Assembly: GCA_044358835.1 (NCBI GenBank)
Contig: JBIKNF010000008.1
Coordinates: 9,873 to 73,872, forward strand
Source: Vampirovibrionales bacterium
GTDB taxonomy: Bacteria > Cyanobacteriota > Vampirovibrionia > Vampirovibrionales > JAJTHC01
Length of the DNA stretch: 64,000 nucleotides
Reading direction: 5' to 3'
In this document: piece after piece, positions 30,451-41,874 of the stretch
Position numbering within the stretch: the first letter of the stretch is position 1
Layout of the letters: each line of letters opens with the position of its first letter
The notes under the pieces: model-generated
Seen by the model: only the letters and a program-made list of their open reading frames with translations
Databases searched by the model: none
Told to the model about the DNA's origin: nothing
Translations under genes and position numbers: made by a program

Positions 30451-32142
30451 TTGCCCATGAGCCCAACCACGCTTCAACCCCGTACCAATTTTAACACCTC
30501 TGAAGAACTTAGTTTACCGTTTGACTCGTTTACAGCGATTTTAAGACACATGCTTCAAAGCCCTCGCACCCAGTATGACGCCTTTGTCACCCGTGAAGTC
30601 CGCCTTAAAAACGACGAATTCGTGCAACACGTCATTGGCCTTGCCACCGCACTAAAAAAGGAATGGGGGCTTAAGCAAGGAGACAAAGTCGCCTTATTAT
30701 TTTGGAATCAACCCGAGTTTTTTGTGAGCTTTTTTGCGCTTCGTCTGATGGGGGCCGTCCCTGTCCCAATCAACATTTTAATGACGCCAGAAGACATGGG
30801 CTATGTGCTTGCGCATGCCGATATTAAAGGTATTCTCGCCACAGAAACCTTGGCCCTTCAATTGGCCGAACAACATCGTTGTTCGCTGAACCAGCTCACC
30901 TTCCCAATACTCATTGCCAATGCGAATGACCCCGCCCACCGTTCGTTTGAAACACACGTGGCACACTGCGCGCCTGAACTCGCACGACTCACTGAAGCGC
31001 TCGATGCCTTTGAAGCCACTCAACCCAGCGCGCTCAGTCGTCAAAACGAACTGGCATTTTTAATTTATACGTCTGGCACCACGGGTTTTCCTAAAGGCGT
31101 GATGCTCAGTGAACGCAATGTGTTGAGCAACTTAGCGGGTTTTCAAAGCGCCCTTCACCTTCAACGAGACCACGAACGTTTCTTGCTGGGCTTGCCCGTT
31201 TTTCATTGCTACGGCTTAATCTGTTCCTTATTTGCCATTGTAGAGCGAGCCACTGTGATTTGTGTGCCTCGGTTTCATCCCAAGCAAATCGTCGAATTCC
31301 TTAAAACCGAAGCGGTAACGGTGTTGCCACTGGTGCCGACGATGTTCACGGTGTTATTACAAGCCGCTAAACAGAAAGCCCCGCAAGAATCCTTCCCCCA
31401 AGAAAAGCCTTTTCCTTATCTGCATACCTGTATTTCAGGGGGGGCGGCTTTGCCTGAACGTTTACTCCATGCGATTGAAAGCACGCTGAAGGTTCAAGTC
31501 TTAGAAGGCTACGGCCTAAGTGAAACGTCTCCCGTGATTGCGGTGAATACGGCCGCGCGCGGATCCGTGGCTGGTGCGGTGGGTCAACCTCTCGCAAACC
31601 TCCGTTTACGTCTAGTGAACCATGAAACAGGCGACGTGTTGCCCATTCAAGCGGGCCAAGCCAGTGCCGAAGGCGAAATCCAAGTGGCGGGCGACAGCGT
31701 GATGCTAGGCTATTATAAAAACGATGCTGAAACGGCCAAAGTCCTTGGGGCGGATGGCTGGTTTAAAACAGGCGATTTAGGCCATATTGATGCCGAAGGC
31801 TTACTGCGTATTTCAGGGGGGCGTTTGAAAGACTTGATTATTCGAGCGGGAGAAAACATTGCTCCTTTGCCTATTGAACGTGTTTTGGCTCAGCACCCCG
31901 CCGTGGCCCATGTGGCCGTGTTGCCTTTAAAAGATGAAAAGCTGGGGGAAGCCTTGTGTGCCTGTGTTGAACTGACGCCAGAGGCCAAACAAACGGATCC
32001 CAAAGCCCTTCAATGGGACTTGTCTGCCTTAGTCAGAGAGCATTTATCGGCGTCTTACACGCCGGATCAATATCGCTTTTTTGAAGAACTGCCCAAAAAC
32101 CCTACGGGCAAAATCGTCAAAAAACACATTGTGCTAGATTAG
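30451..32142 (+). CDS. Long-chain acyl-CoA synthetase / AMP-binding enzyme
   Basis: YTSGTTGFPKG, EGYGLSETSP, WFKTGDLG, GRLKDLIIRAGEN, LPKNPTGKI. Confidence 0.93.
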   Translation: MPMSPTTLQPRTNFNTSEELSLPFDSFTAILRHMLQSPRTQYDAFVTREVRLKNDEFVQHVIGLATALKKEWGLKQGDKVALLFWNQPEFFVSFFALRLMGAVPVPINILMTPEDMGYVLAHADIKGILATETLALQLAEQHRCSLNQLTFPILIANANDPAHRSFETHVAHCAPELARLTEALDAFEATQPSALSRQNELAFLIYTSGTTGFPKGVMLSERNVLSNLAGFQSALHLQRDHERFLLGLPVFHCYGLICSLFAIVERATVICVPRFHPKQIVEFLKTEAVTVLPLVPTMFTVLLQAAKQKAPQESFPQEKPFPYLHTCISGGAALPERLLHAIESTLKVQVLEGYGLSETSPVIAVNTAARGSVAGAVGQPLANLRLRLVNHETGDVLPIQAGQASAEGEIQVAGDSVMLGYYKNDAETAKVLGADGWFKTGDLGHIDAEGLLRISGGRLKDLIIRAGENIAPLPIERVLAQHPAVAHVAVLPLKDEKLGEALCACVELTPEAKQTDPKALQWDLSALVREHLSASYTPDQYRFFEELPKNPTGKIVKKHIVLD

Positions 32143-32289
32143 GCTCTTCAGCGACACCTTTACGCGTAAGCCAATGTGAAAAAGTGTGAAAAGACGATTT
32201 TACTAAGCTGTTTTACCCTTAGTGGGCTAAATATGCTAGAATAAGAAACTATATCACACGTTGTTTGACGAAAAAGGTAAATCCCCTTT

Positions 32290-35200
32290 ATGGTTTCCGC
32301 ACCACTGCCCGCTTCTTCTGAAAGTCCGCATGCTAAACTACAGCACAGCTTGGCCACGGCGTATTGGATGCATCGCATCCAAAGTCATCACGATGTGCAG
32401 GCCCTATGGCACCCCTCAAAAAAAGCAAGCAAAAAAATCCAAGCGCTTCATTTAGAACACTTGCAAACGGCCACGGCCAAAGCCACCTTCTTGAAATTAA
32501 TGTTGAATGAAACACACGCCCCTATTGTGGTAATTTGCCCGGATGCCCCGAGTGTTTTAAATATTTACGCCGCACTTGAACCCTGCTTTCAAAGTAGCTT
32601 TGCCTTTCAAGAACAAGTGCATCGTTACCCCACCGATGTGTTTTCTCCGTATGACATGACCCGTATTCCTTGCCCCGTATTGAACGAACATTATGCGTTT
32701 TTGCATGACTTAAAAGAAGAAAAGCCAGGGATTTATCTCGTTCAAGCCCGAAACTTAATCCCCACTTTCCCGAGTTTAAACTACCTTCAACAAGAAGGGC
32801 TTAGCCTTAAAGAAGGCGATGAACAAGACCTTGAAGAAACGGTTGAACGCTTAATGGCTATGGGGTACACGCCCAAAAACTTGGTGCAGACGGTGGGTGA
32901 ATTTTCTCGTCGAGGCGATTTGCTAGACATTTACCCTGTCAATGCCTCGCCTGTAAGGATTTCTTTTTTTGGGGATAGCGTTGAAAATATCAGACTCATG
33001 GATGTAGAAACCCAGCGTTCGGTTGAAAAAATAGCCAGCGTCCACGTTTTTCCGATCGACACCCTCGTTTTAACCAGAAAGCGCAAGGCGCAACTGGAAA
33101 CCATTTTACTGAAGGCGTTAAAGGTCCATTCCAAAAAAGTCGACGACAAAACGACCGTAGACGGCTTGGCCGAAAATATCAAACAACAGCTCCAAAGCAT
33201 TGAACAAGGGGTGGTGCCAGATGATTTAAATTATTATGCTCCATTCTTCCAAGTGCCGTTTGACCATTTAATGCAATACTTAAGCCCTTCATCCATTTTG
33301 GTGTTGGACGATTGGCAAGACGCCCAAACGCAACTGGAACATTTAGACGAGAGATTTAGGTCGCAATATGACAAAGGCATCGCCCAAGGGCATTTGCTCG
33401 ATTTAGGCACAAAAGTAGGGCAATACCCTTTACATGCTTGCGCCCAAGTCATTAGCCATGCTGTGCATCACCCACTTTCGCATCGCTTGATTTATACGTA
33501 CGCGCATCATGCGTGGATGCCTGAAGCCAGTCAAAACAAGCAAGCAAAAACGACGTTTGAAAATCCTTTAAAAGCCGAAGTGGTGCCTCGTTTTCAAGCT
33601 AAACTTAATGAAGCCATTGCGGCGATGAAAACGTGGCGACAAAACGGTATTCAACTCTGGGTTTCTACGGATTACCCCCAGCGTCTGCTGGATTTGTGTC
33701 GTGAAGCGGATTTGCCCACTCAGTATTGGGCGGACGTCTACGATCCTGAAAATCCTATTCAAGAAGCCAAATTGCAAAAAAACCTTGACGGCTTAGACGT
33801 GATTATTTGTAAAACCGCCTTGAATGACGGGGTTTATTTGCCTCATCTTAAAATGATGTATCTTACAGATGCCGAGTTGTTTGGACGCGGGCGAGTGCGC
33901 CGAACCCAAAGCGAACGTCAAAACAAGCACAAGCGCGATCAAGACCGTGCCATTAGTTCTCTCTCGGATCTCAAACCCAATGACTATGTGGTGCACCATA
34001 AGCATGGCATCGGCCAATTTGTGGAACTTAAGCAAATCGTCCTAGAAACAGAAAAACGTGAATACCTTGAAATTCAGTATCGAGGCAACGACCGACTATT
34101 TTTGCCTGTCGAACAGTTGCACCTGCTGGCACGTTTTAATGGCACGGGTGATGTCAAGCCGGTTCTTTCTAAAATGGGGGGGGCTGAATGGCGACGGGTC
34201 ACCGCAAAAGTCAAAAATTCGATTCAAAATATCGCCAATGAATTGGTGGCGTTGTATAAAGCCCGTCAAGAAGTCAAAGGCATTCGCTTTGAACCCGACA
34301 CCCCATGGCAAGTGGAAATGGAAGAGGCCTTTCCCTTTGAAGAAACGCCTGATCAATGGAAGGCGATTTTAGACACCAAGAAAGACATGGAACATCACCA
34401 GCCGATGGACAGGCTCATTTGCGGAGATGTTGGCTTTGGAAAAACCGAAGTGGCGTTGCGTGCCTTGTTTAAATGCGTCATGTCAGGCAAGCAATCGGCT
34501 TTTTTAGTGCCTACCACAATTTTGGCTCAACAGCATTTTAATACCGTTTCTGAACGATTGGCGCCGTGGGGAGTGCGGGTGGGTTTGTTGTCTCGCTTTA
34601 AAACACCCCGTGAACAAAAAGAAACCTTGCTTAAAATGAAGGCGGGCGAAATTGATATTTTGGTTGGCACGCACCGATTGCTTCAAAAGGATATTGTCTT
34701 CAAAGATTTGGGCTTACTGGTTATTGATGAAGAGCATCGCTTTGGGGTGGCTCACAAGGAACGTATTAAGCAAATGCGCACCAATGTGGATGTTTTAAGC
34801 ATGTCGGCCACTCCTATACCGCGCACCTTACACATGTCGCTTTCTGGCGTGCGTGAAATGAGTCTCATCAATACTGCCCCAGTCAACCGCCTGCCTGTTC
34901 AAACACGGGTGGGGGGATTTAACCCTGCTCAACTTCGTATGGCGATTCTGCATGAATTGGATCGGGGTGGGCAAATTTACTACCTTCACAACCGTGTGCA
35001 AAGTATTTATGAACGTTGTGTTGAGTTGGAAAAAATTGTGCCTGAAGCTCGGGTGCGTGTCGCTCATGGGCAGATGCCGCCGAATGAGCTGGAAACCGCC
35101 ATGTTGGATTTTGCCAATAAGCAGTTTGATATTTTGGTTGCGACTACCATTATTGAAAGTGGGGTGGATATTCCCAACGCCAATACGTTAATCATTGACG

Positions 35201-36183
35201 ATGCGGACCGTTACGGCCTTGCTCAGTTGTACCAAATCCGTGGAAGGGTGGGGCGAAGTGATGTACAAGCCTACGCTTATTTGTATCACGATCCTGACAA
35301 ACTCCTCACAGAAGACGCCAAAAACCGTCTGCGTGCCATTCGAGAGTTCACCGCCTTAGGCAGTGGTTACCAAATCGCTATGCGAGACATGGAAATTCGT
35401 GGCGTAGGAAATCTTCTTGGCGCTGAACAACACGGCCATATGATGCAAATCGGGTTTGAAATGTATTGTGAATTATTGAATCAAGCGGTGGAAGCGGCTC
35501 ACAAAGGCGAACGCCTTGAAGAACAGAGCCAAGAACCTGCCGTCATTGATTTAAACGTCACGGCCTTTATCCCTGAAACCTATGTGGGTAGCCGAGACGT
35601 TAAACTGCAAGAATACCGTCGCTTAGCTGCTGCCAAGAGCGAAACGCAGTTGGATTTAATCGTCGCCGAATGGCAAGATCGCTTTGGCAAGGTGCCTGCG
35701 CCTGCCAAGCAGTTGGTGCATTTGGCTCGCTTGCGGGTGCAATCCACCGAATTGGAAATTCCTTTGGTGCGAAGTGATGAAGAACAGCTTAAAATTAGCG
35801 TTTCCTACGGCCTAAAACAATGGATGAGCTTACAACAGATTCTGCCCACAGGCATGGCGTCTAAATTAAGATGGGTAGCCCCCGCCAAATCAAACGAAGG
35901 CCATAGTTTTGCCACCTTACACTACAAACACATGGGTGCCAGTGGCGAACGTTTATTGCAGTTTGTGACTGATCTGTTTAGGGCTTTATTGGACTTAAAG
36001 AAAACAGGCCAGATCCAAGTAGCGGTGGAGGCTTCAATACCCCACGAACGCCACACGGGGGCGAGAACGTCTGTTAAAACCACTACTGTCGAAGAATCTA
36101 AGTCTCAAGCCAATCGAAATAAATCACTGGCTGAATCTGAAGCGCGCACCGCGGCTCGTTTTCGTTCCTTGCGTGGCTATTAG
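32290..36183 (+). CDS. mfd: Transcription-repair coupling factor
   Basis: GEFSRRGDLLDIYP, CarD-like VVHHKHGIG, CGDVGFGKTEVA, DEEH, SATPIPR, QIRGRVGRS, RDMEIRGVGNLLG. Confidence 0.97.
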   Translation: MVSAPLPASSESPHAKLQHSLATAYWMHRIQSHHDVQALWHPSKKASKKIQALHLEHLQTATAKATFLKLMLNETHAPIVVICPDAPSVLNIYAALEPCFQSSFAFQEQVHRYPTDVFSPYDMTRIPCPVLNEHYAFLHDLKEEKPGIYLVQARNLIPTFPSLNYLQQEGLSLKEGDEQDLEETVERLMAMGYTPKNLVQTVGEFSRRGDLLDIYPVNASPVRISFFGDSVENIRLMDVETQRSVEKIASVHVFPIDTLVLTRKRKAQLETILLKALKVHSKKVDDKTTVDGLAENIKQQLQSIEQGVVPDDLNYYAPFFQVPFDHLMQYLSPSSILVLDDWQDAQTQLEHLDERFRSQYDKGIAQGHLLDLGTKVGQYPLHACAQVISHAVHHPLSHRLIYTYAHHAWMPEASQNKQAKTTFENPLKAEVVPRFQAKLNEAIAAMKTWRQNGIQLWVSTDYPQRLLDLCREADLPTQYWADVYDPENPIQEAKLQKNLDGLDVIICKTALNDGVYLPHLKMMYLTDAELFGRGRVRRTQSERQNKHKRDQDRAISSLSDLKPNDYVVHHKHGIGQFVELKQIVLETEKREYLEIQYRGNDRLFLPVEQLHLLARFNGTGDVKPVLSKMGGAEWRRVTAKVKNSIQNIANELVALYKARQEVKGIRFEPDTPWQVEMEEAFPFEETPDQWKAILDTKKDMEHHQPMDRLICGDVGFGKTEVALRALFKCVMSGKQSAFLVPTTILAQQHFNTVSERLAPWGVRVGLLSRFKTPREQKETLLKMKAGEIDILVGTHRLLQKDIVFKDLGLLVIDEEHRFGVAHKERIKQMRTNVDVLSMSATPIPRTLHMSLSGVREMSLINTAPVNRLPVQTRVGGFNPAQLRMAILHELDRGGQIYYLHNRVQSIYERCVELEKIVPEARVRVAHGQMPPNELETAMLDFANKQFDILVATTIIESGVDIPNANTLIIDDADRYGLAQLYQIRGRVGRSDVQAYAYLYHDPDKLLTEDAKNRLRAIREFTALGSGYQIAMRDMEIRGVGNLLGAEQHGHMMQIGFEMYCELLNQAVEAAHKGERLEEQSQEPAVIDLNVTAFIPETYVGSRDVKLQEYRRLAAAKSETQLDLIVAEWQDRFGKVPAPAKQLVHLARLRVQSTELEIPLVRSDEEQLKISVSYGLKQWMSLQQILPTGMASKLRWVAPAKSNEGHSFATLHYKHMGASGERLLQFVTDLFRALLDLKKTGQIQVAVEASIPHERHTGARTSVKTTTVEESKSQANRNKSLAESEARTAARFRSLRGY

Positions 36184-37007
36184 CGATAAATCGAAATCAA
36201 GGGGATGCGTCCTTGGGTGGCGTCACCAAAAAGCGACTCAATGCGTTGAGCCTCATCTTCACTAATCGTCTTCAACACACGACTTTCCACAATCGCTTCC
36301 CCATGATTACCCCGATTTTCAACCAGCCAGCTCATGGGGTAAGGTCGCTTGGGCGTATTGAGCTGAATCTCGTCCACTTCTAACTCTTTCACCAAATCAA
36401 CCAGTGCTTGCACGTCGTCGTGATTCGTGGGCATAAACATACATTGTAAAGAAAGCTTGCCGTCATACGACTGACGCAACGCCTTAATCCCTGAGACAAT
36501 CGACGCGATATTGATGCCCGCAACAGGGCGGTTCATGCGTTGTAAAACAGTATCTGTGGCGGCGTCTAACTTACACGCCACGTGATCCGCATAGTTAAGA
36601 TCTGCTCGTACCGCAGGATCGTTCAACAAAGTCGCATTGGTCAAAACGGTGCTGGGTTTCGCCGTATACTCACGAATGACTTGCAAGACTTCTCCAAGAT
36701 TCAAGGCCAAGGTAGGTTCACCATTGCCTGAAATAGTCACTAAATCGGCCTTTTCCCAATCACTTAAACGCAAATCACGTTCCACTTTTTCAGTCGGCAC
36801 ATAGATTTTTCGTTCGGCGGTTTTGACTTGAATATCTCCCAACTGGCAATACACACAATTAAAAGAACAAATCGAATGATTCAAGAGCAAATCCACCCCC
36901 AAGCTTGAACCCAATCGCCAGCTTTTTACAGGCCCGTAAATGCAAGAATGCCCCGATTCTACAGCGTCGAAATCCACTAAGTTTGTTTGAATAGGATGGC
37001 GGGACAT
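36180..37007 (-). CDS. Radical SAM protein
   Basis: YGPVKSWRLGSSLGVD, CSFNCVYC (CxxxCxxC), SGNGEPTL. Confidence 0.9.
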   Translation of the reverse strand: MSRHPIQTNLVDFDAVESGHSCIYGPVKSWRLGSSLGVDLLLNHSICSFNCVYCQLGDIQVKTAERKIYVPTEKVERDLRLSDWEKADLVTISGNGEPTLALNLGEVLQVIREYTAKPSTVLTNATLLNDPAVRADLNYADHVACKLDAATDTVLQRMNRPVAGINIASIVSGIKALRQSYDGKLSLQCMFMPTNHDDVQALVDLVKELEVDEIQLNTPKRPYPMSWLVENRGNHGEAIVESRVLKTISEDEAQRIESLFGDATQGRIPLISIYR

Positions 37008-37081
37008 GAAAGACCTCCTTTGCTCGGATGTGTTTATGCTAACATAAAGTCATTCAAACTTCAAAGAAAGGAAACGTTGCC

Positions 37082-37882
37082 ATGAACGTGGAATACATTC
37101 TAATTGCAGGCGCCAGCGGTAAAATGGGGACGCCCTTTGTGGCCACGTGCTTAGATGATGACGCCCTGTGCTTGGTAGCAACAACAAGCCGTCGTTTGGC
37201 GGGTCAACCCATACAGGAGCATTCTGATGTTGTGGCACATGCCACCGTAAAGGAAGCCATCGCGCAGGCCACTCACCCCCCCACCGTTGGGGTTGAATTG
37301 ACCCATCCAAGTACGGTGTATGCCAACGTGCTTGCCATGATTGAAGCCGGTATTGCCCCCGTGATTGGCGCCACCGGCTTAAGTCCAGCACAAGAAAAAG
37401 ATCTTGATGCCCAACTTAAGGCGAAAAAACTGGCGGGCTTGCTGGTGCCCAATTTTTCGATTGGAGCAGTGTTGATGATGCGTTTTGCGGCAGAAGCGAG
37501 TCGTTATTTTGACCATGCTGAAATCATTGAACTTCACCACAATCAAAAAGCAGACGCTCCGAGTGGTACGAGCCTCCGTACGGTTGAAATGATGCAAGCC
37601 GTGCGTCCTGATTTTGGTAAAACCAATGGCGTGGAACATGAAACGGTTGCAGGAGCCAGAGGCGCCACGTCTAAAGGCAACATCCACGTCCATTCGGTTC
37701 GCCTACCGGGGTTGGTGGCTCATCAAGAAGTATTGTTTGGGGACATGGGGCAAATGCTCAGTCTTCGGCATGACAGCTTTAACCGTTCATGCTTTATGGC
37801 CGGCATTGCCTTGTGTTGTAAAAAAGTACGCTTGCTTGAAAGTGGCTTACACCACGGTTTAGAAACCGTTCTTTCGCTTTAG
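37082..37882 (+). CDS. dapB: 4-hydroxy-tetrahydrodipicolinate reductase
   Basis: [43 protein letters not shown]. Confidence 0.96.
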   Translation: MNVEYILIAGASGKMGTPFVATCLDDDALCLVATTSRRLAGQPIQEHSDVVAHATVKEAIAQATHPPTVGVELTHPSTVYANVLAMIEAGIAPVIGATGLSPAQEKDLDAQLKAKKLAGLLVPNFSIGAVLMMRFAAEASRYFDHAEIIELHHNQKADAPSGTSLRTVEMMQAVRPDFGKTNGVEHETVAGARGATSKGNIHVHSVRLPGLVAHQEVLFGDMGQMLSLRHDSFNRSCFMAGIALCCKKVRLLESGLHHGLETVLSL

Positions 37883-39243
37883 GAAGCCACCTTGTTTGGC
37901 GCGACCTGTTCTTCGGGTGCTGGCGCTTCTTCAGGGGTGTTCACCACTTTTAAAATGGTTTTTTGTTTCACCATTTCAGGGGTAATGTGAACCGTGGTTA
38001 AATCTTTACGGCTGGGGGCTTCATACATGAAATCTAACATAATTTCTTCAACGATCGAACGCAAGGCCCTGGCCCCCGTTTTCCGTTTGGCCGCTTCTTG
38101 AGCAATGGCTTTGGCCGTGTCTTCTTGAAAAGTCAAGGCAATGCCATCCATCGCCAAGAGTTCTTGGTACTGCTTGAACAACGCACTTTTGGGTTCGGTG
38201 AGAATACGGATCAAGGCTTCTTCATCCAGAGGTTCCAATATAGCTAAGATAGGCACTCGTCCCGTAAACTCGGGAATTAACCCAAACTTCACCAAGTCAT
38301 CGGGTTCGGTTTTCTTAAGAAGTTTAGCATTTTCTAAATCATTTTCATAGGCCGTTTTAGGGGCTTTTTTTACTTCGCTACCAAAGCCAATTTTACTGGT
38401 GGCTTCCACGCGACGCGCAACAATTTTTTCCAAACCGTCAAAGGCTCCCCCACAAATGAACAAAATGTTATGCGTGTTGATTTGAATAAACTCTTGGTGC
38501 GGATGCTTACGACCCCCTTGTGGCGGGACATTGGCAGTGGTGCCTTCAATCATTTTTAGCAAGGCTTGTTGTACGCCTTCACCCGAAACGTCTCGCGTGA
38601 TACTGGGGTTTTCGCTTTTACGAGAAATTTTGTCGATTTCGTCAATGTAAATAATGCCTCGTTCCGCTTTGGCGGGGTCATAATCGGCGGCTTGGTATAA
38701 GCGCAGTAAGATATTTTCCACATCATCGCCCACATAACCCGCTTCAGTTAGGGTGGTGGCATCTGCAACAGCAAAGGGAACGTCTAAGTATTTCGCGAGT
38801 GTTTGAGCCAACAAGGTTTTTCCGCTTCCTGTGGGGCCAATAAGCATGATGTTTGATTTTGAAATTTCGACTTCAGAAGTCGATTCAGTGTCTTGCTTTT
38901 GCTTGACGGCGTAGTTAATGCGTTTATAGTGATTGTACACCGCCACAGACAAAATCTTCTTAGCTTCTTCTTGACCGATGATGTGTTCATCCAACAAGGC
39001 TTTGAGTTCTTTGGGCGTGGGCAGATTTTCAATCATGGTTAAGGCGGTTTCTGGGGCATTGGGATCTTTTTGAACCGCTTGAGTCTTGGCAAATTCTAGG
39101 AACTCTTCTGCTAAAATATCGTTGCACAATTCCACGCATTCATCACAAATAAAGACTTCAGGGCCAGCAATGAGTTTTTTGACTTGGTCTTGTGTTTTAC
39201 CACAGAATGAACATTTTAAGCGAGTTTCTTCTGATTTTGACAT
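37879..39243 (-). CDS. clpX: ATP-dependent Clp protease ATP-binding subunit
   Basis: CSFC...ICDEC zinc finger, [31 protein letters not shown] loop. Confidence 0.98.
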   Translation of the reverse strand: MSKSEETRLKCSFCGKTQDQVKKLIAGPEVFICDECVELCNDILAEEFLEFAKTQAVQKDPNAPETALTMIENLPTPKELKALLDEHIIGQEEAKKILSVAVYNHYKRINYAVKQKQDTESTSEVEISKSNIMLIGPTGSGKTLLAQTLAKYLDVPFAVADATTLTEAGYVGDDVENILLRLYQAADYDPAKAERGIIYIDEIDKISRKSENPSITRDVSGEGVQQALLKMIEGTTANVPPQGGRKHPHQEFIQINTHNILFICGGAFDGLEKIVARRVEATSKIGFGSEVKKAPKTAYENDLENAKLLKKTEPDDLVKFGLIPEFTGRVPILAILEPLDEEALIRILTEPKSALFKQYQELLAMDGIALTFQEDTAKAIAQEAAKRKTGARALRSIVEEIMLDFMYEAPSRKDLTTVHITPEMVKQKTILKVVNTPEEAPAPEEQVAPNKVAS

Positions 39244-39276
39244 AGGGGGTGGAACTCCTGCTCCTTAAACAATAAT

Positions 39277-39309
39277 AAAGACTGGAATGGTGTTTAAATT
39301 CCAGTCTTT
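39277..39309 (-). terminator. Hairpin between clpP and clpX (terminator or processing/stability element)
   Basis: 12-bp perfect stem AAAGACTGGAAT/ATTCCAGTCTTT, with an A/T-rich tail on the minus strand. Confidence 0.55.
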
Positions 39310-39360
39310 GTTGGCCTTGTATGAATCAAACGCATCATCACGTCCTTCAATCAAGACGAC

Positions 39361-39972
39361 CTAAAGCTTGGTAATGACTTTGTCAATCATGCCGTAAGCA
39401 ACGGCTTCTTCAGGGGTCATAAAGTAATCACGATCCGTGTCTTGTTCGATTTTTTGAATCGACTGCCCTGAATGTGACGCCATAAGTTGATTTAAGGTAC
39501 GTTTTAAACGGCCAATTTCAGCCGCTTGAATTTCAATATCGGACGACTGACCTTGAGCGCCCCCCCATGGCTGGTGGATCATAATACGGGCATGAGGCAA
39601 CGCCATCCGCTTGCCTTTCTCTCCGCCAGAAAGGAGGAAAGCACCCATTGAACAGGCTTGACCCAAACATATGGTGGAAACATTTGCTCGCACATGCTTC
39701 ATGGTGTCGTAAATCGCCAAGCCCGCAGTAACACTACCACCAGGGGAGTTAATGTAGAGCATAATATCTTTTTCAGGGTTTTCAGAATCGAGCAACAGTA
39801 GTTGAGCGATAATGACATTGGCGACGTTATCGTCCACCCCTGTGCCTAAGAAAATAATACGTTCACGCAACAAGCGGGAAAAAATATCAAAAGAGCGCTC
39901 TCCACGACTGGACTGCTCAATCACCATGGGAATTAGAGCCATTTGCTCTTGAAAGTTAGACATCATCATCAC
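39361..39972 (-). CDS. clpP: ATP-dependent Clp protease proteolytic subunit
   Basis: [33 protein letters not shown] (catalytic Ser), IMIHQP, DRD. Confidence 0.98.
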   Translation of the reverse strand: MMMMSNFQEQMALIPMVIEQSSRGERSFDIFSRLLRERIIFLGTGVDDNVANVIIAQLLLLDSENPEKDIMLYINSPGGSVTAGLAIYDTMKHVRANVSTICLGQACSMGAFLLSGGEKGKRMALPHARIMIHQPWGGAQGQSSDIEIQAAEIGRLKRTLNQLMASHSGQSIQKIEQDTDRDYFMTPEEAVAYGMIDKVITKL

Positions 39973-40108
39973 GATTTCGTCTCTCCTTAAATCTCTTCTA
40001 AAACGTCGGACGCCTTAATCCTAATACAAATAACTTCACTATTGTAACAAATAATTTGAATTAAGGCGACACCCCAAGCCTTTTTCCCCTGCATAAACGA
40101 AGCGCGGG

Positions 40109-41473
40109 TTATTCGGCAGGACTCGTCACTTCTTCAAGGGCTAAAGCTTCAGTAACAGCAGGCATCGCCTCTTCCTTGGGTTCTACCCAAGAAAAAGTGG
40201 CTTTTTCAAGCAAGATATTAACCACCTTCTGGGCCAAGAGTTGATCCAACAAGGCTTGGTTGCCATTGGGCTGATTGGCGAGTTGACGCAAAATAGAACG
40301 TTCGTCCGTGCCTTGGGCTTCCGCGATTTCAGCAATTTGTTGATTGAAATCTTCTTCGCTAACAGTTACTTGATGCAACTTTGCAATTTCCGCAAAGGCA
40401 AGGCTTGTGCTAATGCGCTGAATGGCTTCATTTTTAAAGCTTTCGCTCATTTCTTCTGTACGGGCTTGTAAAAATTCATTGAAGTTTAAGCCCTGTTGAT
40501 TAAACCGTTCGCTCATGTCTTCAATAATGGATTCCACTTCGCGTTGAATCATGCCTTTAGGCAAGTCGATTTTTGTGGCCTGAACCAGAGCATCTACCAC
40601 AGCGCGTTGCTTTCGGAAGGTTTCTTCCCGTTCATTACGGGTTTGAATGGTTTTGGCCACATGTGTTTTTACGTCAGCAACGGTTTTAAACTCACCTAAC
40701 TTTGGCGCTGTTTCATCACTTAGTTCTGGGGTTACATATTTTTTAATCGTCTGAATTTTAATTTCAAAACTGACGACTTGATCCGCCAATTTTGCATCAA
40801 AATAATCTTCAGGGAATTGGACATCAATGCTAAAAGGTGCCCCCACTTCTTTACCGGGTAGTTGAACCGTAAAGGAATCTAGGAAGTTATTATTGCTTAA
40901 ATCCAGTTCGAATTCTTCGGCTTTACCACCCGCGAATTCTTCACCATTTAAACGACCCGTAAAGTCTAGAACAATTACATCGGTTCCTTCTACCACGTTA
41001 CGATCCGTAACGGTTTGCAGGCTGGCCATCCGTTCTAAAAGGGCTTGTATTTCTTTTTCTTCAGCATCAACCATTGAAGTCAATTTTTCCACTTCAACAG
41101 AAAGCGCCAAGCCTTCAGGCAAATTTACCGTAGGGCGAATATCCACTTCAGCCACCAAGCGAATGCCGTCTTGCAAGTTGAACTCCAGTTCCACTAAACG
41201 AGGCTGAGCCACTACATCTAGCTTCTGTTCGCTAATGACATCTGCAAAAACATAAGGCAAGTAACGATCCAGCGCTTCTTGTTTAATGACGTCTTCCCCA
41301 ACCGTTTTTTCAATCATGCGAAGTGGGGCTTTGCCACGACGAAAGCCATGAATGTTTACGCGTTGCCCTACACGACGGCACGCTTTGTTAAATTCTTGCT
41401 GAGCTTGTTCAGCAGGCACATGAATCGTTAATTTAACCGCAGAAGATTCAATGGGTTGAAGTTCGACTTTCAT
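40109..41473 (-). CDS. tig: Trigger factor
   Basis: GFRRGKAP ribosome-binding motif, FKBP-like domain, tig-clpP-clpX synteny. ATG 41473 follows GAAGGA. Confidence 0.95.
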   Translation of the reverse strand: MKVELQPIESSAVKLTIHVPAEQAQQEFNKACRRVGQRVNIHGFRRGKAPLRMIEKTVGEDVIKQEALDRYLPYVFADVISEQKLDVVAQPRLVELEFNLQDGIRLVAEVDIRPTVNLPEGLALSVEVEKLTSMVDAEEKEIQALLERMASLQTVTDRNVVEGTDVIVLDFTGRLNGEEFAGGKAEEFELDLSNNNFLDSFTVQLPGKEVGAPFSIDVQFPEDYFDAKLADQVVSFEIKIQTIKKYVTPELSDETAPKLGEFKTVADVKTHVAKTIQTRNEREETFRKQRAVVDALVQATKIDLPKGMIQREVESIIEDMSERFNQQGLNFNEFLQARTEEMSESFKNEAIQRISTSLAFAEIAKLHQVTVSEEDFNQQIAEIAEAQGTDERSILRQLANQPNGNQALLDQLLAQKVVNILLEKATFSWVEPKEEAMPAVTEALALEEVTSPAE

Positions 41474-41651
41474 TATAATTCCTTCCAAAACGTGCAGGAC
41501 GCCTTAACCAATAAATACTTTAGGAATAGCATAGCACAAATACTTATTTTAGGAATAGTTTTGTACTGAATGACGTTGTTTTTACAACAATCTAAAGCCT
41601 TCTATAAATAGAATCTACAAATGTAAAGTGTAAAAAGTAAATATAAAAATA

Positions 41652-41723
41652 AGCGGGAGACGAGGCTCGAACTCGCGACATCTTCCTTGGCAAGGAAGCA
41701 TTCTACCACTGAATTACTCCCGC
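41652..41723 (-). tRNA. tRNA-Gly (GCC), CCA not encoded
   Basis: Minus strand reads GCGGGAGTAATTCAGTGGTAGAATGCTTCCTTGCCAAGGAAGATGTCGCGAGTTCGAGCCTCGTCTCCCGCT: cloverleaf, anticodon GCC, GTTCGA T-loop. Confidence 0.97.
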
Positions 41724-41874
41724 TTAATATAAGCGTTATATTTAATTATTAAACAACGATTGAAAAAAGGTGTATTTCTTTCAACACCTATTAGTCTATC
41801 TAATCAATCAAAATGTGCAAGCTTTTTTTGAAGGCGTCGCTCACAAAAAAGAAAACCACTTCACAGTGCGGGTG